DNA from: Rhodothermales bacterium
Lineage (GTDB): Bacteria > Bacteroidota > Rhodothermia > Rhodothermales > JAHQVL01
Assembly (NCBI GenBank): GCA_965263205.1
Contig: CBDHHF010000014.1
Coordinates: 251,690 to 315,689 of the forward strand
Length of the DNA stretch: 64,000 nt
Direction of reading: 5' to 3'
Positions 9,907 through 19,953 of the stretch are shown piece by piece (within the stretch, counting starts at the first letter, position 1; each line of letters opens with the position of its first letter). The translations under genes and the position numbers were made by a program. Under the pieces are notes generated by a model. It ran no database searches. It saw nothing but the letters and a program-made list of their open reading frames with translations, and was not told the DNA's origin.

Positions 9907-11106
9907 TTAAGGTGTGGGCGGCTTTGGGGAAATGAACTCAGATTTGGTTGCCAGCGAATCCTGCCCCCCACCTGAGCCTACATCCAGTGAGTCGCGTGCA
10001 TTTGCAGCTGCGCGTGCAAGACCTGGCGCTTGCCAGGGGACTTCCACGCGGTCTTTTGTAAAACTGACAAGCACGTCTGCCCGATCCGGCTGCTCTGGCC
10101 TAAAGCGATTCTCTTCAAGTGTAATCGTGAGATTGTCGCCATACCACGATGCACGCCGAAAAGGCCCCTTGGTTGTGTGCAGTGTATCGGAGTAGGCATG
10201 CCGGCCAAGCTTCCGCTCCATGACGCGCAGCATGTCCATAAATCCAACCGTCTGTCCCTGCGTGTTATCAAAGCGCACCTCCAGCGTCCGAAGACTGTCG
10301 CTGCCCCCAACAAAATTGAGGTTCACATAGGCCATTTTGACGCCAAAAAAGCTTTCACCCTCCACCTCAAAGAAAGGCTGGACATACTGGTAATCAATTT
10401 CGCCAAACGACCCGCCACGTACGTGGGTCTCTTCTCCACGATACCTGTATTTCCACCGGGCGCGCGGTGCAATTTCTTCCAGGCTTACCTCGCCAACGGC
10501 ATTCAATGCGTTTACATCGCTATTCACGCCACGCTGTGCACGGGTAGTGAGATACTGAATCTGCTGCCGGCGTAGCCGCAGGTCTTTGTCATAAACAAGG
10601 AGTTCAGCAAAGCCTTCTCCCATCCCCAATTCTAAGCCAACGCTATCGGCTTCCCAATGCTGGGTATTCACATGCACGAGCGTTTGGCCTGATATGTAGG
10701 TTGTGTCCACGCTGGACTGCGGCGTGCCGTAATGATATACAAGACTGTCGACCAACGAAGCCTGATCATCGGTATCAGCCTCTACCTGGAGCAAAAAAGC
10801 ATAGATTGACCGGTCGATGACGCCGGCATACACATTGGCTACAGGCGCACCAAAGACAGTTGAGCGTCCCTGGGGCTCGAACAGTTGCTGATCGGCAAAG
10901 CGACTGCCAAAGGCCTCAAACTCAACCACGTCAAATGCAGTAGCCCGATCTTCTGCCTGCTCGAGGACGCGGGAGTACAATGCCGGCCCCAGGCTGTATC
11001 CCCGGAAGCCATAGTCTTTATCGAGTTTCCATACCTTCGGATCTGGCTCCAAACAGGCGCTACTCAACAAGGCAACACCCAGGAAGAACCCCAGTGCATA
11101 GCGCAT
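9907..11106 (-). CDS. hypothetical lipoprotein
   Basis: The track ORF is 9907..11265, but an internal Met gives MRYALGFFLGVALLSSAC, a signal peptide plus lipobox Cys, so the start is probably 11106. No recognisable catalytic motif. Confidence 0.55.
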   Translation of the reverse strand: MRYALGFFLGVALLSSACLEPDPKVWKLDKDYGFRGYSLGPALYSRVLEQAEDRATAFDVVEFEAFGSRFADQQLFEPQGRSTVFGAPVANVYAGVIDRSIYAFLLQVEADTDDQASLVDSLVYHYGTPQSSVDTTYISGQTLVHVNTQHWEADSVGLELGMGEGFAELLVYDKDLRLRRQQIQYLTTRAQRGVNSDVNALNAVGEVSLEEIAPRARWKYRYRGEETHVRGGSFGEIDYQYVQPFFEVEGESFFGVKMAYVNLNFVGGSDSLRTLEVRFDNTQGQTVGFMDMLRVMERKLGRHAYSDTLHTTKGPFRRASWYGDNLTITLEENRFRPEQPDRADVLVSFTKDRVEVPWQAPGLARAAANARDSLDVGSGGGQDSLATKSEFISPKPPTP

Positions 11107-11388
11107 CGAAATATATCGGGAAGAAACAGGTTTACTCAACACCGTAGAGTGCATATGAGAGAAGGGTCTTAACAGGTGTTCTACATCAGTTGGTTGCACG
11201 CAGACGCAGGAAACCGAACAAGCAACGACAGGCACGAGTCCATGTCCTTTATGCTCGCCAACCACCCTTTTTGTCCATCGTCACGCTGAAATTTAGGTGC
11301 GATAGGACGCGGCTATGAATAGGCCGTATTTGCGTAAAATTGTACTTGCGGTCAGGATCCGCTCAGGAGAAGTACGTCAGCAGTACTA

Positions 11389-11859
11389 TTACGGCGTCTT
11401 CACAGCCGTCATCATGATCTCCACGCGCGCATCCAGTGGCAACCGCGCAACTTGCACAGCGGCACGTCCTGGAGGCATGGATGCAAAGTACGAGCCATAG
11501 ACTTCATTCATGACTGCGTAATCGTTAAGATCTGCGAGAAATACCTGGGCCTGTACCACATCTGCCATGGTAAAGCCGGCAGCACCAAGCACAGCATCGA
11601 GATTTTCCATTACCTGCCGTGTTTGCGCCTCGATACCTCCTTCCACGATTGTACGGGTTTCAGGATCCAGCCCAATTTGGCCGGCAAGAAATAACATGTT
11701 GCCTACCTGAATTGCCTGTGAGTATGGGCCGACGGCAGGTGGCGCGTCCTCACTCGAAATTACAGTACGCGTTACTTCAGGTGCAGGAGCTGGCACTTCA
11801 CAGGCGACCAGACTTGCCGCAGCACAGCAAATCAGACCGAGAGTCAGGATTCTCTTCAT
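11389..11859 (-). CDS. ridA: RidA family protein (YjgF/TdcF/L-PSP enamine/imine deaminase fold) with an N-terminal lipoprotein signal
   Basis: RidA-family motifs are present (APPAVGPYSQAIQVGNMLFLAGQIG, RAAVQVARLPLDARVEIMMTA). The probable start is MKRILTLGLICCAAASLVAC at 11859; the track ORF extends to 11907. Confidence 0.8.
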   Translation of the reverse strand: MKRILTLGLICCAAASLVACEVPAPAPEVTRTVISSEDAPPAVGPYSQAIQVGNMLFLAGQIGLDPETRTIVEGGIEAQTRQVMENLDAVLGAAGFTMADVVQAQVFLADLNDYAVMNEVYGSYFASMPPGRAAVQVARLPLDARVEIMMTAVKTP

Positions 11860-11890
11860 TTGTCTTATCCGATGGGGAGGGTGGGATGAT

Positions 11891-13174
11891 TTAGGCCGGC
11901 AAGCCATGTTTGATCACATGGGTCATAGCATCAACGAACCGGTCCAGTTCTTCGAGGGTGGTGTACAGGTTGGGCGTCACGCGCAACCCTTCAAATTCAT
12001 CGTGTAAAATAGGGACTACAATGATTCGGTGTGCATCCCAGAGGTACTGCTTCAATTTTGCCGTATCAACGCCCCGGATCTGGACATTGCCAATAGCGCA
12101 TGAATAGGCTGGATTCAAACTCGTATTTAGCGTAACCCGATCGTGCACCAGCAGTTTTTCTGCCCAGTAATGCGTTAGATACCGCAGGCGTTCTTCTTTT
12201 CGTTTGGCCCCGATCCCCTGGTGGAACGTAAGGGCATCAGCTATTGCGATGTAATTGGCCGCCGGATGGGTACCAATTTCCTCAAATTTCCTGATATCTG
12301 TATCCAGTCGCTCTGGCGCAGCCATCAAAGGCCACAACTCGTTGATCTTTTCTTTGCGTACATAAAGCAATCCTGTCCCATGCGGCGCAAGCAACCATTT
12401 GTGCAAACTGGATCCGTAGTAATCGCAATCAAGGTCTTCATGTTTAAAGGTAAAATGGGCGTAAGCGTGAGCGCCATCAACAATTACCGGTATCCCCTTT
12501 TTGCGCGCCATTTGCACCACCTGTTTGACCGGCAGAATTTGCCCGGTGATGTTTACGATGTGGCACATCAAAATCATTTTGGTGCGTGGGGTGATGTGCT
12601 GCTCAAAAAGACGGACAATTTCATCCGGATCTTCAGCCGGCACCGGTAGCGAGAACTGCACCAGCTTAATACCGTCGCGCCGTTCGCGTTGCTTGAAGGT
12701 GTTGATCATGCGACCATAATCGTGGGTGGTTGTCAGCACCTCATCACCAGGCGCCAGGTCGATTCCTAATTGGCAGATTTGCAAACTCTCGGACGCATTC
12801 CGGGTAAGTGCAATTTCTTCGGTATCGCACCCAAAATCACGCGCAATCCGCTGGCGCACCCCTTCGCGTTGGGGCTCCAGAACTTCCCACATGGTGTACA
12901 CCGGCGCAAGGTTCGAAAAATCGAGATACCGCTTCATGGCATCCTGCACCAGGGCCGGCGCAGGGGATACCCCACCGTTATTCAGATTTACAAGGCTCCG
13001 ATCCACTGTAAAGGCTTCCTGCACGGTACGCCAATATGCCTCGTCCTTTGCGATTTCAACCGGCGTGCCGGTGTGATGCGCTAACATCTCGAGTACATCG
13101 GGGACAGTTGCCGGGTTAAGCGTTGCAGCAACAGGCAAAAAAGCCGTATTCAAAAACTGGCGGCGGGTTTTCAT
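11891..13174 (-). CDS. aminotransferase class V-fold PLP-dependent enzyme (isopenicillin-N-epimerase/cysteine-desulfurase-like) with a twin-arginine (Tat) signal
   Basis: The N-terminus MKTRRQFLNTAFLPVAATL is a Tat-signal RRxFL motif, followed by a class V aminotransferase fold. The track ORF starts at 13198; the probable ATG is at 13174. Confidence 0.7.
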   Translation of the reverse strand: MKTRRQFLNTAFLPVAATLNPATVPDVLEMLAHHTGTPVEIAKDEAYWRTVQEAFTVDRSLVNLNNGGVSPAPALVQDAMKRYLDFSNLAPVYTMWEVLEPQREGVRQRIARDFGCDTEEIALTRNASESLQICQLGIDLAPGDEVLTTTHDYGRMINTFKQRERRDGIKLVQFSLPVPAEDPDEIVRLFEQHITPRTKMILMCHIVNITGQILPVKQVVQMARKKGIPVIVDGAHAYAHFTFKHEDLDCDYYGSSLHKWLLAPHGTGLLYVRKEKINELWPLMAAPERLDTDIRKFEEIGTHPAANYIAIADALTFHQGIGAKRKEERLRYLTHYWAEKLLVHDRVTLNTSLNPAYSCAIGNVQIRGVDTAKLKQYLWDAHRIIVVPILHDEFEGLRVTPNLYTTLEELDRFVDAMTHVIKHGLPA

Positions 13175-13346
13175 TATAGAGCAAGAGGTCAGGTGCAAAA
13201 AAGCCGGCAGCTACAGTACAGCTGTTTACAACAACCTGATGCCACAAACAGCCGTATCAAATCGATTCGTTTGTACAATATAGCATTGCCTCGTAGAAAA
13301 TCGACCGTTCTTGGCGATTCGGTGCCCCAGGCAATAGATTATAGGC

Positions 13347-15080
13347 ATGTCGCACGCTCATCAATCAGCTGCTATCCCCGCACTTAAGCCAGCACGGGTA
13401 CTGGTTTATGGGGTCTTATGCCTGCTACTCACAGGCTGTGCACCGTACGAGGCGCACATTGTCGAAACCACCCAATACCGCGTAGGTGACACCCCCAACT
13501 GGGCAGCTAAGGAATTGGACACATCGGGCTGGTTGTCAACGCCTGTTCTATCTTTACCTGATTCAGCAGCAGTAATGTGGCTGCGCTTTGAGGTCCCGAT
13601 ACCTGCCTACACAACACTTGGCTTCAAAGCAACAGGTCTTGCTGCGCGTGAAGTCTATTGGGACGGTGTTTTGCTCGACCGGATCGGGCGCGTAGGTGCC
13701 AGTAGCGAAACAGAACGCGCCGGCCCCATTGACGCCTACCTTCGGATTCCCGACTCCCTTGCCACACCGGGTACGCACCAGGTTGCGGTACGCATCTCCA
13801 GCTTTTTACGCCCAAAGGGTACCTCCGGCCTGCGTATGCAGTTTATAGCGGGTGATTACGCAAAGCTCACGTCCGCCCCATACAATGCTGTTGGCATCCC
13901 CCTTTTGTTTTTGGGCGGATTTGTGATTGTCGCGCTGTACTATGGGGCGCTTTTCATCGCAGATCAGAAACGCCTCCCCTACCTGATGACTGCCGCCCTG
14001 TGTTTCGCTGTTGCACTCCTGCTCATGGCAGAAAGCTGGCGTAATGCACTGGGCTACGACTATACACTTCACGGGCTACGGTTAGGCCTCGTTGATTTAT
14101 TCACCGGCATAACAGGCATTTTGCTGGCCAGCACGTTTATCGTCCAGTTTGCGTTGCCCAAAGGACGCGCCATTTTGCTGGTTTTGTCGACTGCCATCGC
14201 TGCGTCACTCTTACTCATCAACGATCATGAAACAGGAACGTATATAGCCTTTGCATTGGCACTCGGGACTGCACTGGGCATTACAGGGTGGGCTGCGCGA
14301 CAGCAGTTGCACGGTGCATTGCTTGCGTGTAGTGGCGTAGCCTTTTGTCTACTTGTGCTTCTCTTTTCCGGCGATTCCTTTATGGATTTGGCCTTTTTCC
14401 CCGCATTTGGTGTATTGATCGCCGGCTTGCTTACGTCCGTGGGTATGCAAACACGGGCGGACCGCCGCCGGCATGCCATTGCACGTGCAACCGCAGCACG
14501 ACTTGAGGCCGAACTCCTTAAAAAACACCTCCAACCTCATTTCTTGATGAACACGCTTACCTCAATCATCGAACTTGTCGAAACCAGTCCGCACGAAGGG
14601 GTCAATGCCATTGAAGCTCTGGCCTCGGAATTACGCAGTCTGGGTGAGATATCAGGAGAACGCACCATTGCAATGCGGCAGGAACTGGCCCTATGCCGGG
14701 CACATCTTGAAGTTATGGGGTATCGACGTGCCCTCACGTTTAAACTTGACGCATCCGAAGTATCAGAAGATGGCCCTATCCCGCCGGCAGTAATCCATAC
14801 GTTACTCGAAAACGCCATCACCCATAATGCCTATACCACGGGGACCGTTACCTTTACCCTACGCGAAACGCTACACGACGACCAGCGCTCGCTCGTGCTC
14901 CGTACCCCACTTGCGCAACCCGATCCACAACGACGCGAGGAAGGAGGCGGATTACGGTATGTCCGTGCTCGCCTTGAAGAAGTTGCGCCAGGCCAGGTGA
15001 TCTTATCGTCGGGGATAGAGGCAGACGACTGGGTAACACGCATTCAACTGCCGGCAAATCTTCCGCCTTCGCTCCCTTAA
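13347..15080 (+). CDS. sensor histidine kinase, LytS/YehU type (periplasmic sensor plus 7TM plus His_kinase domain)
   Basis: It carries the LytS-type His_kinase motif LKKHLQPHFLMNTLTSIIELVE, a multi-TM region and a C-terminal ATPase. A LytTR regulator gene follows 8 bp downstream. Confidence 0.85.
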   Translation: MSHAHQSAAIPALKPARVLVYGVLCLLLTGCAPYEAHIVETTQYRVGDTPNWAAKELDTSGWLSTPVLSLPDSAAVMWLRFEVPIPAYTTLGFKATGLAAREVYWDGVLLDRIGRVGASSETERAGPIDAYLRIPDSLATPGTHQVAVRISSFLRPKGTSGLRMQFIAGDYAKLTSAPYNAVGIPLLFLGGFVIVALYYGALFIADQKRLPYLMTAALCFAVALLLMAESWRNALGYDYTLHGLRLGLVDLFTGITGILLASTFIVQFALPKGRAILLVLSTAIAASLLLINDHETGTYIAFALALGTALGITGWAARQQLHGALLACSGVAFCLLVLLFSGDSFMDLAFFPAFGVLIAGLLTSVGMQTRADRRRHAIARATAARLEAELLKKHLQPHFLMNTLTSIIELVETSPHEGVNAIEALASELRSLGEISGERTIAMRQELALCRAHLEVMGYRRALTFKLDASEVSEDGPIPPAVIHTLLENAITHNAYTTGTVTFTLRETLHDDQRSLVLRTPLAQPDPQRREEGGGLRYVRARLEEVAPGQVILSSGIEADDWVTRIQLPANLPPSLP

Positions 15081-15088
15081 ATCCTCCA

Positions 15089-15793
15089 TTGCTGATGCGC
15101 ATATTTATAATTGAAGATGAACCGGTCATCGCCCAGCGCCTCGAGCGATTGCTTCGCGCTGCAGCAGCCGACATTGTACTTCAGATCGACAAGTATGCAA
15201 CCTTTGAAACCGCGCAACTTGCCCTCGAGCAGCAAGCTGTTGATGTTGTATTTCTGGATTTAAACCTGAATGGTGAAGATGGATTTGATCTGGTAAAAGA
15301 TGCTGTAGCCGGCGCTTTTCACACCATTGTAGTATCAGCCCATACCGAGCGAGCGCTAGAAGCATTCGAGATTGGCGTACTCGACTTTATTGGCAAACCC
15401 TTCAATGCTGCGCGCATCAGCAAAACGTTTGCACGGATTCAGGGCACGCGCGCAAGCCACCCGGCGGCAACGCTCGCCATCCGCTCTGCCGGCCGCGTTG
15501 ATTTGGTTTCGGTAGCAGACATCGCGTTTGTACGAGCGGCGGGCTCGTATGCCGAACTTGTACTTCGCGATGGCTCTGTGCGCATCCACAGCAAATCACT
15601 CGATCGTTTACTCGATATTTTACCCGCTTCCTTTGAACGCATCCACCGTTCCTATCTCGCTCGACTTGCCGATATTGTACAAGTACGGGTTCGAGAAGGA
15701 AGCCGGTATTCAGCTGTGCTTGCCTCCGGAGAGACCCTACCCATTGGGCGCACGCGCGTTGAGACAATCAAAGCAAGATTGACAGGAGATTGA
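15089..15793 (+). CDS. LytTR-family response regulator (REC plus LytTR DNA-binding domain)
   Basis: 234 aa with an N-terminal receiver (FLDLNLNGEDGFDL) and a C-terminal LytTR-like domain. Confidence 0.85.
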   Translation: MLMRIFIIEDEPVIAQRLERLLRAAAADIVLQIDKYATFETAQLALEQQAVDVVFLDLNLNGEDGFDLVKDAVAGAFHTIVVSAHTERALEAFEIGVLDFIGKPFNAARISKTFARIQGTRASHPAATLAIRSAGRVDLVSVADIAFVRAAGSYAELVLRDGSVRIHSKSLDRLLDILPASFERIHRSYLARLADIVQVRVREGSRYSAVLASGETLPIGRTRVETIKARLTGD

Positions 15794-15940
15794 GTCAGCG
15801 TTGTGCATTTTGAGCAATTCACACATCCCTTGAGCCGTTCACAAAATTCAATGCATCCACCCGGACATGGCTACGTCAATGGAGGAAAACTAGTCTGATT
15901 TCCCTCATTAGCAATCTGTTTCCGCCGATTCATTGGCTGT

Positions 15941-17863
15941 ATGGTACACCTGAAGGATACCACGGTATTGCATAACCCGTTTTGTATGATGCGCTATCTC
16001 TCAATCATCGTCCTGCTTGTATTTGCAGGCTGCAAAGGACTCCCCCCAGCAGAGCCGGCACCACAGGTCGACTCATCGTTCAAACAACTTGAAGCTACCA
16101 TCGACCAGATCGTAAAAGAGGAGATGGCTGCCACGCACCTGCCCGGGGTGGCTATTGTAGTTGTGAAAGAAGGGCAAACGATGATCAAGCGCGGGTACGG
16201 CGTAGCAGACGTATCCACTGGCCGGCCTGTGGATACCGAACAGACCCTCTTCCGGATCGGCTCCGTTTCCAAAGCACTGACTGGATTGGCCGTAACGCGA
16301 CTTGTAGATTCGGGCCGGCTTCGCTACGACACAGATGTCGAAGCATATTTCACCGGTATCGACAACCCGAAAGGCTTTGACGAACCCGTAACAATCTGGA
16401 ATTTGCTCACCCACACTGGCGGCTTCGACCAGATTGGTTTGGATCGCCATATATATGCCGTCGAGCAACCGCTGGATGCCCGCAAGGCCATGCGCCCGAG
16501 CCTCGGTACATACCTGGCAGACAACCTTCGGCGTATCACCCGGCCAGGTCATGTTTTCCGGTATGATACGTACGGCATCAGCCTGGCCGGGGAAGTCCTT
16601 GCCCGTGTGACCGGTAAGTCTTTTGCAGCAGCCATGCGGCAAGAGCTGTTCGAGCCCGCCGGCATGATGGACAGTTTTGTTGAAGCTGACAAAGCGCACG
16701 AAGATGACGTGGCCATTGGCTACGGCTGGGTAGACAGCGCGTATGTTGCCCAACCCTACGAAATCTATGTCACCACGCCGGCCTCCTCTATCGATGCAAC
16801 GCCGGCAGACATGGCCCGGCTACTTGAAGCGCTCACCGGAGATGGTGTTAACACCCATGGCCAGGTATTCAGTAAAGAAACAGCCCATGCCATCTTATCT
16901 CCCCAATTCCGGCCACATCCCAACTTTACAGGCGTAACCCATGGTTTCTGGGAATCACCAAGCGTAGACCCGCCAGATGGTCCCGTGGTACGTTCGGTTG
17001 GTCACGGCGGCAGCATGCTCGGTTTTTGGACGCTGATGGATGTTTTTGTCGATAAGAAGGTGGGGGTTTTCATGGTGACAAATAGAAACTTCGAAGCCGG
17101 CGGTGGTCCTGTAAACCTTGGTTCACGCATTAGCAAAGCCGTATTAGAAACGCTGTATCCAGAGAAACCCACGTATACGACATCAGCACCTGTCGCATTG
17201 GGTGACCGAGACCTGAGCGCCTACCTGGGCGATTATGCCTTCGGCACGTTCTGCCAGTCGTGCACGCAAGATGAATTGGCAAGAGGGGCGTGGGCGCTAC
17301 GAAACTACCGCGTTGTAACCCCGGCAGAAGGTGGACTCACAATCGATAACAACGTCTTTCTCCCAACGGCTGCGCCTGATATATTTGTGCGCGAAGATCG
17401 ACAGCAAGAAGTATTTTTTGGTCGAGATGAGGCCGGCGAGGTCTCCTTCTTTTTATCAAACTATGGCCCGTCGTCTTTTGAAAAGATTCCTGCACTAACG
17501 TCATTACGCGAAGGCATGGAAACCGCCTATGCACTCGTGCAGGCAGATAGCCTTGTTGAAGCCAAAATGGCACTGGATACGGGATTGCGCGCTGCGATCG
17601 AGGGTGGTCTGCACTACGAAGGCAGCATCAACGCCATTGGGTACCATTATCTCCAGTCAGAAAACATTCCATTGGCGCTCCTCTTTTTCCAATTTAATGT
17701 TGAGCAGTTTCCCGGCTCGTGGAATGTACACGATAGCCTGGGCGAGGCCCTCGCGCTTTCCGGTAAGGTGCCAGAAGCGATTGCTGCGTATGAACGTTCC
17801 ATCGCGCTCAATCCTGCAAATGAGGGAGGCAAAGCGGCGTTGCAACGCCTGCAGAATCAGTGA
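15941..17863 (+). CDS. serine hydrolase of the beta-lactamase/transpeptidase fold fused to C-terminal TPR repeats; probable lipoprotein
   Basis: It has the SxxK active-site motif (IGSVSKALT) within a beta-lactamase-like fold, and C-terminal TPR-like helices (…AYERSIALNPANEGGKAAL). The probable true start is MMRYLSIIVLLVFAGCKG, about 15 codons in. Confidence 0.75.
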   Translation: MVHLKDTTVLHNPFCMMRYLSIIVLLVFAGCKGLPPAEPAPQVDSSFKQLEATIDQIVKEEMAATHLPGVAIVVVKEGQTMIKRGYGVADVSTGRPVDTEQTLFRIGSVSKALTGLAVTRLVDSGRLRYDTDVEAYFTGIDNPKGFDEPVTIWNLLTHTGGFDQIGLDRHIYAVEQPLDARKAMRPSLGTYLADNLRRITRPGHVFRYDTYGISLAGEVLARVTGKSFAAAMRQELFEPAGMMDSFVEADKAHEDDVAIGYGWVDSAYVAQPYEIYVTTPASSIDATPADMARLLEALTGDGVNTHGQVFSKETAHAILSPQFRPHPNFTGVTHGFWESPSVDPPDGPVVRSVGHGGSMLGFWTLMDVFVDKKVGVFMVTNRNFEAGGGPVNLGSRISKAVLETLYPEKPTYTTSAPVALGDRDLSAYLGDYAFGTFCQSCTQDELARGAWALRNYRVVTPAEGGLTIDNNVFLPTAAPDIFVREDRQQEVFFGRDEAGEVSFFLSNYGPSSFEKIPALTSLREGMETAYALVQADSLVEAKMALDTGLRAAIEGGLHYEGSINAIGYHYLQSENIPLALLFFQFNVEQFPGSWNVHDSLGEALALSGKVPEAIAAYERSIALNPANEGGKAALQRLQNQ

Positions 17864-17900
17864 GTAGCGTTCATTATAGTCAATCCCATCCCGAGAACAC

Positions 17901-17940
17901 AAAAAAAGCGGCATACGAGATTCGTATGCCGCTTTTTTTA
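17901..17940. terminator. bidirectional rho-independent terminator
   Basis: A7, then an 11-bp perfect stem (gcggcatacga/tcgtatgccgc) with loop gat, then T7. It sits between convergent genes ending at 17863 (+) and 17953 (-). Confidence 0.8.
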
Positions 17941-17952
17941 ATCACCAAGTCC

Positions 17953-18795
17953 TTAGAACTTGCCGTTATCATTCTTCCACTGGTCGCGTGGCGGAATTTC
18001 TTCGACCGTATCCCAGTGCTCGACAATCAGGCCATCTTCGATCCGGAAGAGGTCGTAGAAGGCCACTTCATTGCCCAGGAACGAGCCTTCAGATCCTGTG
18101 AGAACAAAATTACCTTCGCCCAGGATGAAGTGGTTTTTGGTGTAGACCATAGGCGTGCCGGCTTTTGCCATTGCTTCCAGGGCTTCCCCAAGCGCTGCAA
18201 GTCCATCACCTACTGCAGGATTATGCTGATAATACGTTTCTGTTGATACGTATTCTGTGATTTTCTCAGGCGCAGCCCCCATCAACACATCGGCCATAAA
18301 GCCTTTAATGAGTGCTTTGTTGGCGTCCGTTTTGTCAAGATCAGTAATCGCTGTGGGTCCGTCGGTCTGGCTCCGACCTGAAACGGTCTCGTCTGCTTTT
18401 TCCTGGAGGTTATCCCAGTGCTCGACGATCAGGCCATCCTCAAAGCGGAACACGTCGAATCCTACTTTGGGGCCAAAGAAGTCATACTCGGTATGCGCAA
18501 ATACAAAATCACCGTCTTCAAAAGCACGGACAACCTTGGCTTTAAATCCTTCCGGCGGTTTGTTCTGCAGGACAGCACCAAAGCCTTCGATGCCATCAGC
18601 AACGGCGAGGTTGTGCTGGATATATTTTGTGGGGTTGATGTAACCTGCCGGCTCTTGCGCACCCGTTTCCAGGCTTTCCAGAAGCGCAACCGCTTTATCT
18701 TTGTTTGTCATGGTATCTTTGGGAGTTTCTTGCGATGTACTCTGGCATCCTAACAGGCAGAACGTCAACAGCAACATCAAGTGTGGTACACGCAT
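17953..18795 (-). CDS. lipoprotein with two tandem SnoaL/NTF2-like (ester-cyclase-like) domains
   Basis: Lipoprotein signal MRVPHLMLLLTFCLLGCQS. An internal duplication is visible: ...FEDGLIVEHWDNLQ versus ...IEDGLIVEHWDTVEE, and YIQHNLAVADG versus YYQHNPAVGDG. Confidence 0.6.
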   Translation of the reverse strand: MRVPHLMLLLTFCLLGCQSTSQETPKDTMTNKDKAVALLESLETGAQEPAGYINPTKYIQHNLAVADGIEGFGAVLQNKPPEGFKAKVVRAFEDGDFVFAHTEYDFFGPKVGFDVFRFEDGLIVEHWDNLQEKADETVSGRSQTDGPTAITDLDKTDANKALIKGFMADVLMGAAPEKITEYVSTETYYQHNPAVGDGLAALGEALEAMAKAGTPMVYTKNHFILGEGNFVLTGSEGSFLGNEVAFYDLFRIEDGLIVEHWDTVEEIPPRDQWKNDNGKF

Positions 18796-19059
18796 TTTTG
18801 CACATGTTTATTCCTAAATGAACAACCACAAATTGCACAATCCTCCCCCACACCCAAAAGATCTAATCGAATCAAAAACAGTAGAAATGGGAAACAACCC
18901 TGAAAAATGTGCGCGAACCATGACCATATCTAACAGATAGCCCATAATCATTTCAGCATCACTGATACCAAGCGTCTGCTAAGAATAGCAAAAACGCTCA
19001 ATGTGTACTAGATCAATCTTGACATGTCCAATCAGACGCGCCTTCTTGATCTTTCCCTT

Positions 19060-19935
19060 TTAACCACTTTTCCTAAACGCAGATGGGGTTGTGCCATCAA
19101 CGCGCCTGAAAAATTTGTTGAGGTTAGACGGGTCTTCAAAGCCAACCTGGTAGGCAATTTCTTTGATCGACAGGTTGGTGTGTACCAGCATCCGTTTGAT
19201 TTCTAACAAGAGTCGCTGGTCGATCACTTCTTTCGGAGAGCGGTTGAGGTGTTTTTTGGTGAGATTCCCCAGCGTCTTTTTTGAAAAGCCAAGTTCATCC
19301 GCGTACATTTGCGCCGTCCAATGTGCAGTGAAGTGGTGTTGCAGCAAGTCCCGAAAAGCAATAAGGCGCGGTGACGCTTCTGCTCGCTGGGCCGACTCGG
19401 ATAATTGCAACCGCCGTAACCGCTCCGCTTTCAATAAAATGAGCCCTAATTCTCGTAGCAGAATAGGTGCGTGTTCGGGCGAGCCACCTCCTTTTTCGTA
19501 TTCTGCTTTGAGCCGCTCAATATGCGGGAGCATAATTTCAGCATCGTGTAGAAAATACGCTTGCGTCGTTATCGGTTCGAAAAGCAGCCGACTCACCGTG
19601 CCTTCCAAGTCGAACAGCGCGCGGTGTATAAAATCTTCAGTCACAATGATCATGAATCCACGCAAATTCATGGCCGGATCAAACTGCTGAATCTGGTTTT
19701 TGCTGATGATTGCCAGCGTATGGGGGTTTAGCTCGAATGTATTGAAGTCAACTGTATGCTTCCCGTACCCACCCGATGTATACAGCAATACGTAAAATCC
19801 GATGCTGTGAGGCGCCGAAATCAGATGGTTCAGCTTTGCCTGGCGGGCGTAAAAATCCGATAGGGGAAATATATCCAATCCGAGATCCAGACCCTTTGAA
19901 TGCCTGAATTGTAGCTTGACGAGGTTTTCACTCAT
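19060..19935 (-). CDS. AraC family transcriptional regulator
   Basis: C-terminal AraC-type HTH (…IKEIAYQVGFEDPSNLNKFFRRVDGTTPSAFR). It lies 18 bp downstream of the FG-GAP gene on the same strand. Confidence 0.85.
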   Translation of the reverse strand: MSENLVKLQFRHSKGLDLGLDIFPLSDFYARQAKLNHLISAPHSIGFYVLLYTSGGYGKHTVDFNTFELNPHTLAIISKNQIQQFDPAMNLRGFMIIVTEDFIHRALFDLEGTVSRLLFEPITTQAYFLHDAEIMLPHIERLKAEYEKGGGSPEHAPILLRELGLILLKAERLRRLQLSESAQRAEASPRLIAFRDLLQHHFTAHWTAQMYADELGFSKKTLGNLTKKHLNRSPKEVIDQRLLLEIKRMLVHTNLSIKEIAYQVGFEDPSNLNKFFRRVDGTTPSAFRKSG

Positions 19936-19953
19936 AGCTAAGAACGGTACAAC

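Noticed and set aside
9907-11265. A long N-terminal extension of the lipoprotein ORF (MVGEHKGHGLV…)
   Set aside because: An internal Met at 11106 gives a textbook signal peptide with a lipobox. The 53 upstream codons show no coding character and overlap the intergenic/promoter region.
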